Part shown: piece by piece, positions 1-13,207 of the stretch | How the letters are laid out: every line of letters starts with the position of its first letter | How positions within the stretch are numbered: the first letter of the stretch is position 1 | Assembly (NCBI GenBank): GCA_963693365.1 | Contig: CAVNZM010000012.1 | Location: forward strand, 8,870,001-8,934,000 | Direction of reading: 5' to 3' | Length of the DNA: 64,000 bases | Source of the DNA: Amoebidium appalachense | Taxonomy: Eukaryota; Protista; Ichthyosporea | Made by a program: the position numbers and the translations under genes | Notes under the pieces: model-generated | Seen by the model: the letters and a program-made list of their open reading frames with translations, nothing else | Database searches by the model: none | Told to the model about the DNA's origin: nothing

Positions 1-211
1 TGTTGCCATCTGACTGTGTGCGTTCGTGCCTGTGTGAGAGCTTTGTCATGTTCATGTATATACGGTTGGTGGTGATTGGCCCTTACATGTTGCAACATGT
101 GTGCCACTATGCCCAGGTGGCAAGGCACCACCAAATGCAATCCTAAGAAAGTCGGTTTGGGCATTATATCGAGAGCATGAAGTATGTCATTTGTGTATAC
201 AAATCCCCCCC

Positions 212-242
<31 letters not shown>

Positions 243-322
243 AAAAAAAGTTAATACACACACATTGTCGGACACCTTGACACCACCCGCAGGGCTTCTT
301 TTTTTTGGCGTGCATGCGCGCA

Positions 323-362
<40 letters not shown>

Positions 363-565
363 GTGGTGGTGCTGGTGCTGGTGCTGGTGCTGGGGTGGGA
401 ACGGGGAGAGCGGGAGGGGGGGAGGAAGGAAAGGTAGCGAGGGAGAGGTCTGAAGGGTTAGGGGAAAGAGGTGAAAAGAAGGCATGGCATTGTATTTGGT
501 TAGTGATGGGGATGAACGAGGTGGTTGAACGGGTCATACTGTGAAAATATGTTGCGGGGAATTAT

Positions 566-656
566 GGGTGACCAAAGCAATAAGCCTACCAAGGCAGGCC
601 GAGGTGAGGAAGTGCAGCCAGCGGGCTGCATTTGGCATGGGTACCGGTGGTCACCC
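566..656 (-). ncRNA. Putative small stem-bounded ncRNA, unit 1 (91 nt)
   Basis: Perfect TGGGTGACCA/TGGTCACCCA terminal inverted repeat; internal TGCAGC..GCTGCA hairpin; TCCCACAATC box on the - strand (GGG at 715-717) 61 bp upstream. No expression evidence. Confidence 0.55.
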
Positions 657-790
657 AAATAAGCAAGTTGTAGCCCTACTGTGGTAATATCACTCATTTC
701 CGAAGTATGATTGTGGGATAATTTGAAATGCAAAAGAAAAGAAAACTGGGCAAGTCCGAGCATGACTGTTTGCTTTTTTTCCCTTTTTTT

Positions 791-823
<33 letters not shown>

Positions 824-1060
824 GGGAGGGAGGGCGAGGTAGGGTGGGTGGGTGGGGGGGAGGGGGAGGGGGAGGGGAGGCAGGGTGCCGGGTTTCGAAA
901 CACAAGAGGATCCTGTCGAGTCAGCACACAGGAATGATGAAAACAGAAATAAAACTTAATGATAGGCGATGAAGGCCTTGTGGTCCCTGGAACAACAATG
1001 GGAAAGGCAGGAGTGAGAGAGGGGGGCGGGGGGAGGCGGACGGGGGGGGGGGAGGGGGGA

Positions 1061-1097
<37 letters not shown>

Positions 1098-1928
1098 GAC
1101 ATGTATGCAGCAGCTGTGATGGGTCATATAAGTTTATGAAAGTTCCGTGTGCGCACAGTGAGTGCGTGTGCGTGCGTGTGTGTGGAGTCTATATCCGTAT
1201 GTGCGTGTGTGTGTGTGGGTTGGTGGGTGGTGGTGGTGGTGGAGGGGAAGGAGGGGGGACTGCTCCGTGCCACATAGGGGGAGTGCGACTGTGTGTGTGT
1301 GAAGGCTTTGTGTGTGTGCATTATCATTCGGTCCCTGTGTGTCTGTGTGTGAGCATGCGCGTGAGTGTGTGTGGATGGCATGTTTGACAAGGTGTGTGTG
1401 CGTGTGTGTGTGTCTGTTAGTGTGTGTGTGTGTGTGTGCAGGTGTGTTTGCATGTGTGACCGTGTGTGTGCTTCTGTGTGTACGTGTGGGCATTTTGTGT
1501 CTGTTTGTTACGCTCTCTCACGCGTGTGTATGTGTGCGCGCTTGTTGTATGTCCCACCAATCCAAGGGCGGACTGGGGAGGGGGGAAGGGGGAGGGGGGG
1601 GGGGGGGGGGTAGGAGGAGGGCAGGGAGAGGAAGGGGGAGGTGGCATAATGATTATACGCATGTTAGCCACGCATATGCTGCTCCTTGATCCACAGTCAA
1701 CCAAAACAATACACTGTGGCAAAACAGTTTACAGGCATTATTCTTGTCCTGTTAATGTTTCCTTTCCTTTGGCCCTATGAAATATGCAGTGCCACCGGGT
1801 ACTTCAGATTAGATAGGCAATTTGAGCCAAATAAAAAATAAAAAATTATCATATGCCTCTTCCCTTATGAGCAAGAATTTGAAGAGGAGAGGGGGGGGGG
1901 GGGGGGGGGGGGGGGAAGGGGGGGGGAA

Positions 1929-1966
<38 letters not shown>

Positions 1967-2100
1967 CTAATGGTTGTGTACTGCACGGTAGGCAGCCTTG
2001 GGTCTGGCATGTATCATTTTTGGGATGGTTTATGAAACGGTGGGATAGAGGGACACATTATGGCGGGTTGAAAGTGTTTTCGAATTCAGCAGGGATTTAT

Positions 2101-2165
2101 GGGTGGCCCTCTCAGCCTTCAGGCAAAGTACACACGCTGTAGGCACAGTGATTGGGTGGTCACCC
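2101..2165 (-). ncRNA. Putative small stem-bounded ncRNA, unit 2 (65 nt)
   Basis: GGGTGACC...GGCCACCC on -; TCCCACAATC box 62 bp upstream (2225-2227); ATAAATCCCTGCTGAA downstream. Confidence 0.5.
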
Positions 2166-2944
2166 AAGTGCCTCAGTTTGTTGCCTGGCTGTGGTAAATG
2201 CAATGAAAATTCCTCTATGATTGTGGGACAGATTAGGCGACTCACCCGTAGAAAGGATGGCCAATGGTGGTCGAGGGGAAGATGGGGAGGTCTTTAAAGG
2301 AGGAATTAGAGGCGGTAATGTTTTCTATGGTGGCCGTAGGTGGGTGAGTGGGTACCCCCCCCCCCCCTTTCCCCTCCTTACCCACCCTCACCCCCCCCCC
2401 CCTCCCCTCCTCCCCCTCCCCGCACAACCCCCCCCCCCCCCCCCCCCAAAAAAGGGAAGACGAGAAAAAGAAAGAGCACGTTTTGTTCTCATGCCCATCA
2501 TTGTACAAGCGAACACATGACCGGCCACGTGCACATCAAATAGATGGACTAAGAAAACCTGTACGGAGGAAAACACAGGTTGCAAGGGCCCTTGAATACG
2601 TTTCTGGGTTGGTCGGATAATTTCATCTGTGTGGCACAGCACCTAAGCTTCCGTGCATATGCACACTTGTTGCTTCTGTGACCCATAGGCCATCAGAATA
2701 TTACAAAACGGGTATGAACAAGAGCATCACATGAAAGATTTCTTTTCAAAACGATCACTCAAAGCTAAACCAGTAAAAGCACGATTCCGAGCGGCCGGGG
2801 ACATAGACGAGGCTCAAGCTCACGGTTACAACAGCCGTAAAGCTGCATGAATGTTTGTTGGGATGGTTGGGGGCCGGTGGGTTTTAAGGACACACATGCT
2901 CCATTTGGTGCAGTGGTGACAGTTTGTATTCAGCAGAAATTTAT

Positions 2945-3072
2945 AGGTGACCATCTCGCGAATACAGCCACATTGGTTTTGCGGCATATGACATCCATTT
3001 ACAAATGGAAGCGAATTTGTGGTTTGTGCCGGGCTGTAGCCAGCAGCAGGCATCAGGTGTGGGTGGCCACCC
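2945..3072 (-). ncRNA. Putative small stem-bounded ncRNA, unit 3 (128 nt)
   Basis: GGGTGGCC...GGTCACCT on - (two G-U pairs); TCCCACAATC box 62 bp upstream; ATAAATTTCTGCTGAA downstream. Confidence 0.55.
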
Positions 3073-4095
3073 AAATAATGCAAGTAGTAGCCCGGCTGTA
3101 GTCGAGTATATCGTTTCTTGGCTTTGATTGTGGGACAAATTGGCACGATCACAAAGAAAAAGTGCCTCAGGAAAGATCAGACATTACCGAAAAGTATTAC
3201 ATATTCAGCAAGTTGAGAAAGCACGGAAAACACGTTAATTCGGAATTTAGTATTGCATATGCGAAACTTTGTATTTTAGTATGTAGTCCATATGTGAAAC
3301 AGATCAATAGTCACAGCGTAATATTATAATTCCAAATATCATGATTAGATATCCAAAGAAGTGCCATTAGTGCACGGTATACGGAATAATTAATGAGTAC
3401 TGTCTGGTACGTATTAGAACGGGCCCTCGGGGGTGCTCAGGAGGGGTGGGCAGGAAAGAGAGCCAATGCGTGGGGGATGGGGGGGAGGAGGGGGGAGGAG
3501 GGAGGGGGGAAGGGGGGAAGGGGATGGAGGTGGGTGCTGGATCGGGGGGGGGGGGGAGGGGGGGGGGGGGGGGGGGGAGGAAGGGGGGGGGGGGAGGGGG
3601 GGGGGGGGGGGGGGGGGAGAGAGAGAGAGAAATCATGTGAAATTACAAGAGGTTCTGTGCCGATGGATGTGTGGTGCAACGGGTGGTGTTGGTTGGTGGA
3701 GGGGAAGATGGGGAGGCGGGGACGGGAGCGGAAGTTCGCAGTACATAGTGGTTGAACTGCTTAAACCTTGTGTCGTGGCACCAGTGGTGCTGGTGGTGCA
3801 CAGGGTTCGAAAAGTGGAGTCAAGGGTGGGTTTGGGGTGGGGTGGTGTGTGTGTGTTGTCTGGCGGGGTGGGGTGGGGCGGAGGGAGGGTGGGTGAGGGG
3901 AGGGGGGGGGGGGGAGGGGGGAGGGGGGGCTTAATCTGACGAATTACATGGTTCAGCGGGCTGGGCTGGAGGGGGGGGGGGGGGGGGAGGGGGGACAAAG
4001 GGGGTGGGGGGGGGGGGGGGGGGGGCGGCGGGGAGGGGGGAGGGGAGGGGGGCATATCGATATTTGACAAATTTCATGTTCAGCAATTTTGAAAT

Positions 4096-4188
4096 GGGTG
4101 ACCTCAGAGACCTTTGGATCTTCTCGCTCGAGAGCTCACTGTCCTTGCAGTGCAGCCACTGTAGCTGCATGTGTGTTTTGGGTCACCC
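4096..4188 (-). ncRNA. Putative small stem-bounded ncRNA, unit 4 (93 nt)
   Basis: GGGTGACC...GGTCACCC; ACCCACAATC box 61 bp upstream; internal TGCAGC..GCTGCA hairpin; TTGCTGAA downstream. Confidence 0.55.
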
Positions 4189-4824
4189 AGCTGGAAGCAG
4201 TGGCATGTGCCGGTGGGGAAAATAACCTATAAGTGGCTGTGATTGTGGGTCGGGTGGTAGACGTCAAATGATGAATCCGATAGAAGGTCTCAGCTGCAGC
4301 CCCGTCCCCTTGATGCAAACAAACACGTGAACAACCACGTGCACACCAAAGAGATGCAGCAAAGTATAAGTACGTAGAATTCATAAGGAAAACACCGGGG
4401 GCAGGGGGAGGGTGGAGGGGGGCGCGGGGGGGGGGGGGGGGGGGGGGGAGAGAATTCTCTTACCATATACGACGAAAGGACGTTTTGAGACTTGGTGGTT
4501 CTTGATTCAAATTTGAGGTGTTATTTAATCGATAGGCTGATAACGATACTATCAGCTTGTATATCTCTTGATATTCAATTACATATTGATGAACATCACC
4601 TTCACTCATAACATACTTGCATACATTTTCGAATACGACATGCATGGTAGCATGCGACCATATCACACTTTCATATTACAGAGGCAAAGATGATACGCAG
4701 ATACCAACACATCTGAAAAGGGTTTTCGAGCATATGTAGTATCTGAACTTATTAAATATTACTTAGATAATGCAAGTGCACACAGTCTAGATCTGTCTCC
4801 TCCGTGTAGGTGTGTATGTAATGG

Positions 4825-4868
<44 letters not shown>

Positions 4869-4957
4869 ATGTCTGTGGGCGTCTGAATGTCTGTTTTAGG
4901 CATGTATGCGCCTTTACATCTCGGCATCGCGCGAATACTAGTAACATATGTGCTCAT

Positions 4958-4988
<31 letters not shown>

Positions 4989-5025
4989 CCTCCCTTCACG
5001 CATGCATACTTATTGCATTTCATGG

Positions 5026-5482
5026 TCACCGAACCACACTCGCAGCGTCATTTTCGACATTTGCAATGCACCCCCCCTTGTAAGTGCACGTGCCCCCCAG
5101 GAAACTGGACTCGCCACTGGGGTCCAATACGAAATTTTGTCAGATTTTGCTCCCCGTCCATTACGTTCCTGCACACAGTCATCTGCAAGGGGGGGGGGGG
5201 GTAGGCCTAAGCTGCACATACAAGAGCCACGTAGGTGAGGTGAACAGGTAGTGGCCGGGAGGGTGGAAAGGGGGGGGGGGGGGGGGGGGGGGAATATAGA
5301 AGTCAATGGGGAGGGGAGAGCAGTGGAAGAAGTGAGGTCTATGATCTGTTGAATAGAGTACACGTACGGGGTTTTTTTTTCTTTTTTTTGGCGGGTGTGT
5401 GTGTGCGCGTGTGTGTGTCACTGTGTGTGTGTGTGTGCGTGTGTGCGTGTGTGTGTTTGTGCGTGCGTGCGTGCGTGCGTGC

Positions 5483-5564
<82 letters not shown>

Positions 5565-5780
5565 TGATGGTGATGCTGGTGGTGGGAACGGGGAGAGGGG
5601 GTAGGGGGGAGGAAGGGAAGCTAACGAGGGAGGGGGGAGGGGTTGGCTGGGAAAGAAGGGGGGAGGGGGGGTCCTGTGCACACACCTTGTCAACCATCTT
5701 CTGTGAGGCGACCCTCTTGATGATTGCATAGAAGGCGGTGAAAAGAAGGGAGTGTGCACCCACACGGTCTTCTCTACTGG
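5026..5780 (-). pseudogene. Duplicated last two exons of the CRAL-TRIO gene (~5686-5780 and 5026-5182), each with a 1-nt indel
   Basis: Clear homology to exons 9865-9960 and 9187-9342 (FTAFYAIIKRVASQKMVDK; SFLGGTCTYKGGCIANVEND); splice sites retained; frameshifts in both exons; upstream exons absent. Confidence 0.8.
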
Positions 5781-5826
5781 CTAGCTGAGGAGGTGGAGTT
5801 TTGTTTCTGCCCAGGAGAGGAGGGGG

Positions 5827-5873
<47 letters not shown>

Positions 5874-6078
5874 GGGGGGGGGTAAATCCAATATAGGAAC
5901 GCTCAAAGGGCAATATAGGGAAAGTGAGTATTAAATCATATCCTTTTATGGAACAGAGAGACGTGTGCTATCAGAAACAAAAATACGGGCATTGAGAGGG
6001 CAAAAAGAGGGCATGGTGACTCAATTTTGTGATAGGGTTGAACGGGACACGCTGTAAAAGTATTTAGCAGGGAGCTAT

Positions 6079-6172
6079 GGGTGACCAAAGCCATTAGCCC
6101 ACCAAGGCAGACACAGAGGCTAGGGAGTGCAGCCAGCAGCAGGTTGCATTCATCATGAGTGGTTGCTCACTC
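6079..6172 (-). ncRNA. Degenerate stem-bounded ncRNA, unit 5 (paralog of unit 1)
   Basis: 5' arm mutated (GAGTGAGC) versus 3' arm GGTCACCC; TCCCACAATC box 62 bp upstream. Confidence 0.4.
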
Positions 6173-6436
6173 AAATGATGCAAGTTGTAGCCCTGCTGTG
6201 GTTATATCACTCATTTCCGAAGTATGATTGTGGGACAGTTTGAAATGCAAAAGACCAGAAGACTTGGCAAATCGGCATGCCATTAGCCTTACCAGAAAGG
6301 ATGGCGACCTTAGTAGTAATGTTCCGAAAAGTGAAACCACGGTGGGATCTGAAGGTATCGGAAGGAATCTGATTTTTCAGCACGTTGAAAGCAGAAACAA
6401 AGCCCGTCAGAGTGTATTAATTTACACACTCCCCCC

Positions 6437-6467
<31 letters not shown>

Positions 6468-6728
6468 AAAAAAAAAAGAAAGAAAGAAAGAAAGAAAGAA
6501 AGAAGGAAAGAAAGAAAAGAAGGAGCACGTCTTGTTCTCACGCCCGCCATTATGCAAACAAACACAACCACACACGTAGCGGACAACTTGAGGGTCAGAT
6601 TCACGGTGCACGTGACCTTTGGAGCTGCATGAATAAATTTGTTCGAGTGGTTGGGGACGGTGGGATTTTTAAGGACACAAATACTCAAAATTGGGCGTGG
6701 TGACCTTGTGTATTCAGCAGAAAGTTAT

Positions 6729-6860
6729 GGGTGACCGTCTGACAACCATAGCCACATTGAGTTTGTTGCATGTGCATATGATCTCCATTTACAAATGCAT
6801 GAAACAGGGATGTGCCGGGCTGCAGCGTCAGCAGCAGGCATTGTGTGAGGGTGGTCACCC
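6729..6860 (-). ncRNA. Putative small stem-bounded ncRNA, unit 6 (132 nt, paralog of unit 3)
   Basis: GGGTGACC...GGTCACCC; TCCCACAATC box 62 bp upstream; ATAACTTTCTGCTGAA downstream. Confidence 0.55.
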
Positions 6861-7605
6861 AAACCATGCAAGTAATCGCCCGACTGTGGTTGAGAAGATA
6901 GTTTCTCAACTTTGATTGTGGGACAATTTGGGTATTGCCAACGGCCCCCATTCTGCAGGAAAAGTGACTACAGGAATGATCAGACATAACCGAAAAGTTT
7001 ATGCAGCGACTTAGTTGAGAACAGCATGGAAAGACCATGAGGGTGTAATAGTATCTGGAACAGATTATGACATTGTAATAATAGGTACATATTAGTATGT
7101 ATTTCCAAATATCCTGGTTATTGTCATGATCAGATATCCAAAGGATATTAATAGTAAGAATGAATGGGTATGTCACCTGTTAGGACGGGTCCTTGGGGGT
7201 GCTCAGGGGGGATGGGTGGATGGCCGAGCCAATTACGGGAAGGGGAGGGGGGGGGGGGGGGACTGGGGCTTAGAGAAAGGAGCAGAGGGTGGGAGGAGCC
7301 TTTGGGGCGGGCGGGGGGGGGGGGGGGGGGGGGGGATGGGGGGGGGGGGGGGGGAGGGGGGGGGCGGGGATTATGTGACACCTAGCTATTACGCCTCCGA
7401 CGGACCGTGAGGAACATACGAGAAATTCTGTGCTGATGGATGTGCAGTGGACATGGAGGTGTTGGTTGGGAGGTGGAGGGGAAGATGGGGAGGCTGGGAC
7501 GGGGGCGGAGTTGAACTTCGTAGTACATAGTTATTTTTAGAACCTTATGTGGTGATAACGGTGGTGCTGGTGGTGGGGTGGGGTGGTGAGTGAGTGAGTG
7601 AGTGA

Positions 7606-7651
<46 letters not shown>

Positions 7652-7889
7652 TGTGTGTGTGTGGAGTGGGGAAGGAGGGAGGGAGGGGGGGGAGAAAGGG
7701 GTTGATTTGACGGAATACATGTTCAGCAGGGGGGAGGGGGGGGGGGGGGGAGGGGGCAGGAGGCGGGGACCCACTGGCCGAGGGGATGGGGGGGGGGGGG
7801 GGGGGGGGGGGGGAGGGGGGGTGGAGGCGGTGGGGAGAGATGGGCGTACATATTTGACCAACTACATGTTCAGCAACTTCGAAACTTCG

Positions 7890-7971
7890 AGGTGACCCGT
7901 TCAGCAGGCACAACGTTGTGCCGCAGTCACTCCTGCAGCCACCGTTGCTGCATGTGTGTGGTGGGTCACCC
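7890..7971 (-). ncRNA. Putative small stem-bounded ncRNA, unit 7 (82 nt, paralog of unit 4)
   Basis: GGGTGACCC...GGGTCACCT; variant box ACGCACAATC 61 bp upstream; TTGCTGAA downstream. Confidence 0.5.
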
Positions 7972-8403
7972 AGCTGGCAGCAGTGGCATGTGCCGGTGGG
8001 GAAGGTGTCTTGAATGGGGCTGCGATTGTGCGTTGGATGCAGGTGTCAATCTGTGAATCAGATAGAAGGTCTCACCACGAACAGGGAAAATTCCATTACA
8101 AGTCCCATTCCTGCATAACCGGCCCCCATGAAAAAAGATATATTTCAAACCTCCCCCTCCCTCCCTCCCCTCCCCCTCCCCCCCTCCCCCCTCCCCCCCC
8201 CCCCCCCCCCCCCCTCCCCTCCTTGATGCAAACAAACGCATGAGCACCCATGTGCACGCCAAAGAGATGAGACAATGCATAGGCACTGAATATATCGGGA
8301 AAACACGGGGGGGGGGGGGGGGGGGGGGGGGATGCTCTTTAGACGGACGAACATTTTTTTGAGACTTGGAATTGCCAATTGGTGGTTGTTAATTCAAATT
8401 GAG

Positions 8404-8552
8404 TTTCATCAATAGGCTGATACAATCAGCTTGTTTGTCTCTTGATATTCAATTTCATCAATAGGCTGATACAATCAGCTTGTTTGTCTCTTGATATTCA
8501 ATTTCATCAATAGGCTGATACAATCAGCTTGTTTGTCTCTTGATATTCAATT
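8404..8552. repeat. Perfect 49-bp tandem repeat x3
   Basis: TTTCATCAATAGGCTGATACAATCAGCTTGTTTGTCTCTTGATATTCAA starts at 8404, 8453 and 8502; single-copy in the paralogous blocks near 4530 and 28540. Confidence 0.9.
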
Positions 8553-9186
8553 ACACATCATAGAGATGACCTTCACTCATGGCAAACATCATACTTTCAT
8601 ATTTCAAAAGCAAAACACATACTCATATACTAATCTATTTGCAAAACAGTTTCAGGAATAATATCGATACTAATATACAATCACTTATTGCATTGCAGAT
8701 TTTCAAATCAAGAGGCACTCAGATTGACATATAATAATGTGTCATAGTGTCGCTCGACTATGATAATAGTACTATAAGAGTATAATTAAATAATTCAATA
8801 TTATAATGGGAGTATAATTGAATAATACTAATCAATAGCAGGAAAGAGAAAAGATGTATAACATAATTCATGTAATGGAAAATGTAACAAATAGAAGTAA
8901 TCAGATAAATATAAATACAATAGTGAAAATAGGAGTAGGTCTAATCGCGTGATTAGAAAGCGACATTCACTAAAGATGATGTGCGTGCACAGAATCCGTT
9001 CCCTCTGTGTAGATGTGTATGTGATCAAAGGGTGTGTTAGGGTGTGTGTCTGAATGTACATATACATGTCGGCATCGCGTGAAAATGGCATAAGTGCCTA
9101 GCTATCCTCCCCCCCCCCCCCCCCCCCCCCCCCCCCACACGCACACACCCCTTTTCGTGCATGAACACCTGTTTACATCCCGTGCT

Positions 9187-9417
9187 CTATCGCACCACAC
9201 TCACAACGTCATTCTCGACATTTGCGATGCACCCCCCCTTGCATGTGCACTTGCCTCCTAGGAAACTGGGCACGCCACTAGGGTCCAATTCGAAATTTGT
9301 CAAATTTCGCTCCCCATCCATCAGATTGCTGCACACAGTCATCTGCAGGAGGAGGGGGGTTAGGCCTGAGCTGTACAAGAGGTAGGTGAGGTGAAAAGGG
9401 AGTGGCCGGTTGTGTGT

Positions 9418-9496
<79 letters not shown>

Positions 9497-9506
9497 GTGT
9501 GTGTGT

Positions 9507-9552
<46 letters not shown>

Positions 9553-9650
9553 GGTAGAAGTCGAAGAGACGGGGGAGCAATGGAAAGAATGAAAGGAGCA
9601 CTATAATCTGTTTAAGAGCGCACGGTGTTTTTGTTTTTTTTCCTTTTTTT

Positions 9651-9692
<42 letters not shown>

Positions 9693-10541
9693 GGGGGGGA
9701 GGGGGAGGTCTCTGTGTGTGTGTGTGTGTGTGTGTGTTTCGGTGCTGGTGGTGCTGGTGAGAAGAAGAGGATGGGGTGAAGGGGAGGCAGGAAAGCGGGG
9801 GAAGGAGGGAAAAGGGGTGGGGGGATTGGAGGGGAAGGTGGGAGGGGGGGTCCTATATACGCACCTTGTCGACCATTTTTTGGGAGGCGACTCTCTTGAT
9901 GACTGCATAGAAGGCGGTGAAGAAGAGGGGGGTGTGCACCCACACGGTCTTCTCTACTAGCTGCAGGGAGATGGGGTTAACATGTGTGTGTGTGTAGAGG
10001 GGGGGGGGGGGGGGGTCGTCCGTGGGGAGAAGGGAGGGGGAGGGGAGGGGAGGGAGGAGGAGCGGGTAGGGGACACGGGGGGGTATTGACTAAAGAGTGC
10101 ATATAAGCGTCGGGAAAAAGGAGCAAAATCATGGTGAACGATAGCAGGCATAAAACAGAAAGTCGTGGGCTCAAAAAAGACAAGACGTAAGGTTCATGTG
10201 TGAATGTGAGTGAGTGAGTAAGTAAGCGTGTGTGTGTGTGTGTGTGTGTGTTCTCCAGCCAGCCAGTACCACCAACCTGTGGATAGATGAATTCACCCAG
10301 TTTTCCAGTGCGGCTCACCACCTTCTCGAATGTACGTGTAGGCCCTGTGACCCATATTCAATCAGCATTTATCCTTAACAATCATCCAACTACCACAAAC
10401 ATATTTCTGCAAGCAAAACAGTTGCAAGCAAAGACAAATAAACCACATCCCAATCTTTGCAGCTATGTAAGTTATGTATCATCCAATATCCCCCCCCCCC
10501 CCCCCCCCCCCCCCTCCCCCCACCCCCACCACACACACACG

Positions 10542-10586
<45 letters not shown>

Positions 10587-11220
10587 CAAAAGATATAGAA
10601 GGCCAACCTTCTTGGGGAAAAAGCGACCGAAAACTGCGGTGGTTGGAGATGAGTTAGGGTCAACGGAACTGTGCATGTGGATGGCATACCGTGGCGTAGC
10701 AGTCTTGTGAGTGTGGCGTGGGAGAGATCAAACACGTTGATGGTTTTGGTGAGGAGCCCTGTGCGCCTGGTCTCACGGTCACAGAGCTAGGGGGGGGAGG
10801 GGGGGGGGGGGGGGGTAAAGTCAGAAAAAATAGAGGCTATGGATTAAAGCAAACGAGAAAAGAAAATCACTAATTCGTGTGAGAGAGTTATTCTGGCGGG
10901 AGTGATATCTCTGTCAGAACAGCCAAGGTGGTACAGAGGAGAATTGGTGTGTGTGTGTGTGTTTGTACATGTGTGTGTGTCCGTATTTCTTTATGGCTTT
11001 TTAAGCAAACGGTTGTGGGAAAGAGGAAGGGGAGAGTAGATACACTGGGAAAGAGAGTTTACATAGGCCCAAATGCAAGGGGGGGGGGAGGGGGGGGGGG
11101 GAGGTATGATACCTGGTGTGCCGCTTCTCTCTCGTGCAGATACCAATCGTGAAGCTCATCCTCGGTCACCCTACACACACCAATGTTAGTCCCCGTATCC
11201 CCTTAACAAAAGAAGAGTGA

Positions 11221-11262
<42 letters not shown>

Positions 11263-11266
11263 AAAA

Positions 11267-11298
<32 letters not shown>

Positions 11299-11506
11299 CG
11301 AGGAATAAGAAGAAGAAGAAGAAGAAGAAGACGAGGAATAAGAAGAAGAAGGGAAGGGGGTGGGGGGTGGGGGGTTGGAGAGAAGGAGTATTGTGCCGCT
11401 GACCAGGTGTTTCCGTCCAGGTTCACCATGCAGACCCTACCGTGCCTTAACAACAACAACAAAGCAGACGGAGGCATCTGCAATTGCACTCAATAATTCG
11501 GATGTA

Positions 11507-11555
<49 letters not shown>

Positions 11556-12333
11556 CCGCCGCCGTCGGGAAAAAAAAAAAAAAAAAAAAAAAAAAAAGCA
11601 GGTCAACAAGCCACCAACTACAAGAAAACAAAGGGGGGTGAGGGGGGGTGGGGGTGGGGAGGGGGCAGTAGAAGAGAGGAAAGAACGAGAAGATGGGGGT
11701 ATGTGTGTGTGCGTGTGTGTGGAAGGGCGGGGGGGGGGGGGGGGGGGGGGGGGAGGGGGGGCTGGGGGGGGGGGAAGGGCGGGGGGGGGGGAAATTTTGC
11801 ACCACAACAAGAAGCAGATGCAGTCTTCATTCCGCACCTTTCCATGAGATCACGGGGTGCAGCCAGCCCCAGTCTGATGACGTACAGATAGAACCCCCCT
11901 CCACTCATTTTCGCATGCAGTCCCCCCACCAAATGGCTACGAATTACGGCCTCTTTGGGTGCTGGGTCCCCCCTTGCCACCGCAGATATGATCTGCCCAT
12001 GTGACTGTTGGAAGGAGAGAGACGCACGTGCTGCCGTGGCTGCGTTTTTTTTTTGTTTTTTTTTTGTGGGGAGGGGGGGAGGGGGGGGGGGGTCGATTAG
12101 TATGTGGGGTCTAGTGGTGGCAAAGGGGTGCAGCTTATTCAGTTTTTAAAATAAAGATACTAAAATAAAAGAAGCACAAAAAACGGAGATATTGATTTTT
12201 TTTTCCCCCCCAAAAAAGACAAGTAATACCAACTTAACCCGATCTCCTCTTCCTTGCTCTCTAAACATAAAAACAACTACCAACGCAAGCAGCAACCCCC
12301 CCCCCCCCCCCCCTCCTCCCTCCACCCTTCCCG

Positions 12334-12387
<54 letters not shown>

Positions 12388-12990
12388 GCAGCATTGATAT
12401 CCCCCCTGTGTGAGAGCACAAACCGCAGCAGCCACAATCCATCATGTCTCTCCTCGAGTTCTCCCTCCAGCTCCTCTCTCAGTGCTGACACCTCCTCTTT
12501 GTGTGCTGTAAGCAGACAGGAAACACAGCGTTTTTCCCTGTCAGAGGTGGACTCGATGGATGCGGCCTCACTTTTGCACCTGTTTGCAGGAGGGGGGAGG
12601 GTGAGGTGGTGGTGGTGGTGGTTGGGTGGGGGGAGGGGGGGGGGGGAGGGGGGGGAGGGGAGGGAGGGGGAGGGGGGCCTGGGGAAGAAGGAGGGAACAC
12701 AGGCTATGACTGCCGATGATAAACAGGACCAAAACGTCATACATGCATATATGTTCCCTTCATTCTCTGCATACTTTAAGAAACGGATAAAGGAACAAAA
12801 AGGCCGAAAAGCGACAAAATCACAACACACACACGAAATTTTATATCTATTCATAAGCTACAGAGACTCACCAGTGGGGGATATGTGTGTGTGCGTCCAC
12901 GGCACAGGCGGTCACGTGGGCCGAGCCTTTGCGAGACAGAAGTGACTTGGTGGGGTTAAGGTGTCCCCCGGAGAGCTGGCTGGTCAGCTG
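9187..12990 (-). CDS. Sec14/CRAL-TRIO lipid-binding domain protein; exons 12872-12987(or 12990), 12386-12579, 11838-12039, 11113-11170, 10690-10786, 10277-10344, 9865-9960, 9187-9342; start exon not resolved
   Basis: All GT-AG introns are phase-compatible and give an open ~328-aa product. Motifs: CRAL_TRIO_N (HDGLWLLRFVLSHRGDINAA), YVIRLG, TINVFDLSH, IYPQLVEKTVWVHTPLFFTAFYAVIKRVASQKMVDK and the Sec14 C-terminal VPSFLGGKCTCKGGC. Confidence 0.88.
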
Positions 12991-13075
12991 CTGTGTGCGT
13001 TCATGTGTGCGCGTGTGTGCGTGTGTGCGTGTGACGTGTGACGTGTGCGTGTGCGTGTAGCGTGTGTGTGCGCGG

Positions 13076-13207
<132 letters not shown>

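Noticed and set aside
11164-11171. GGTCACCC resembling a unit arm
   Set aside because: Lies at a CRAL-TRIO exon boundary (splice acceptor plus Val-Thr codons), with no partner arm or upstream box.
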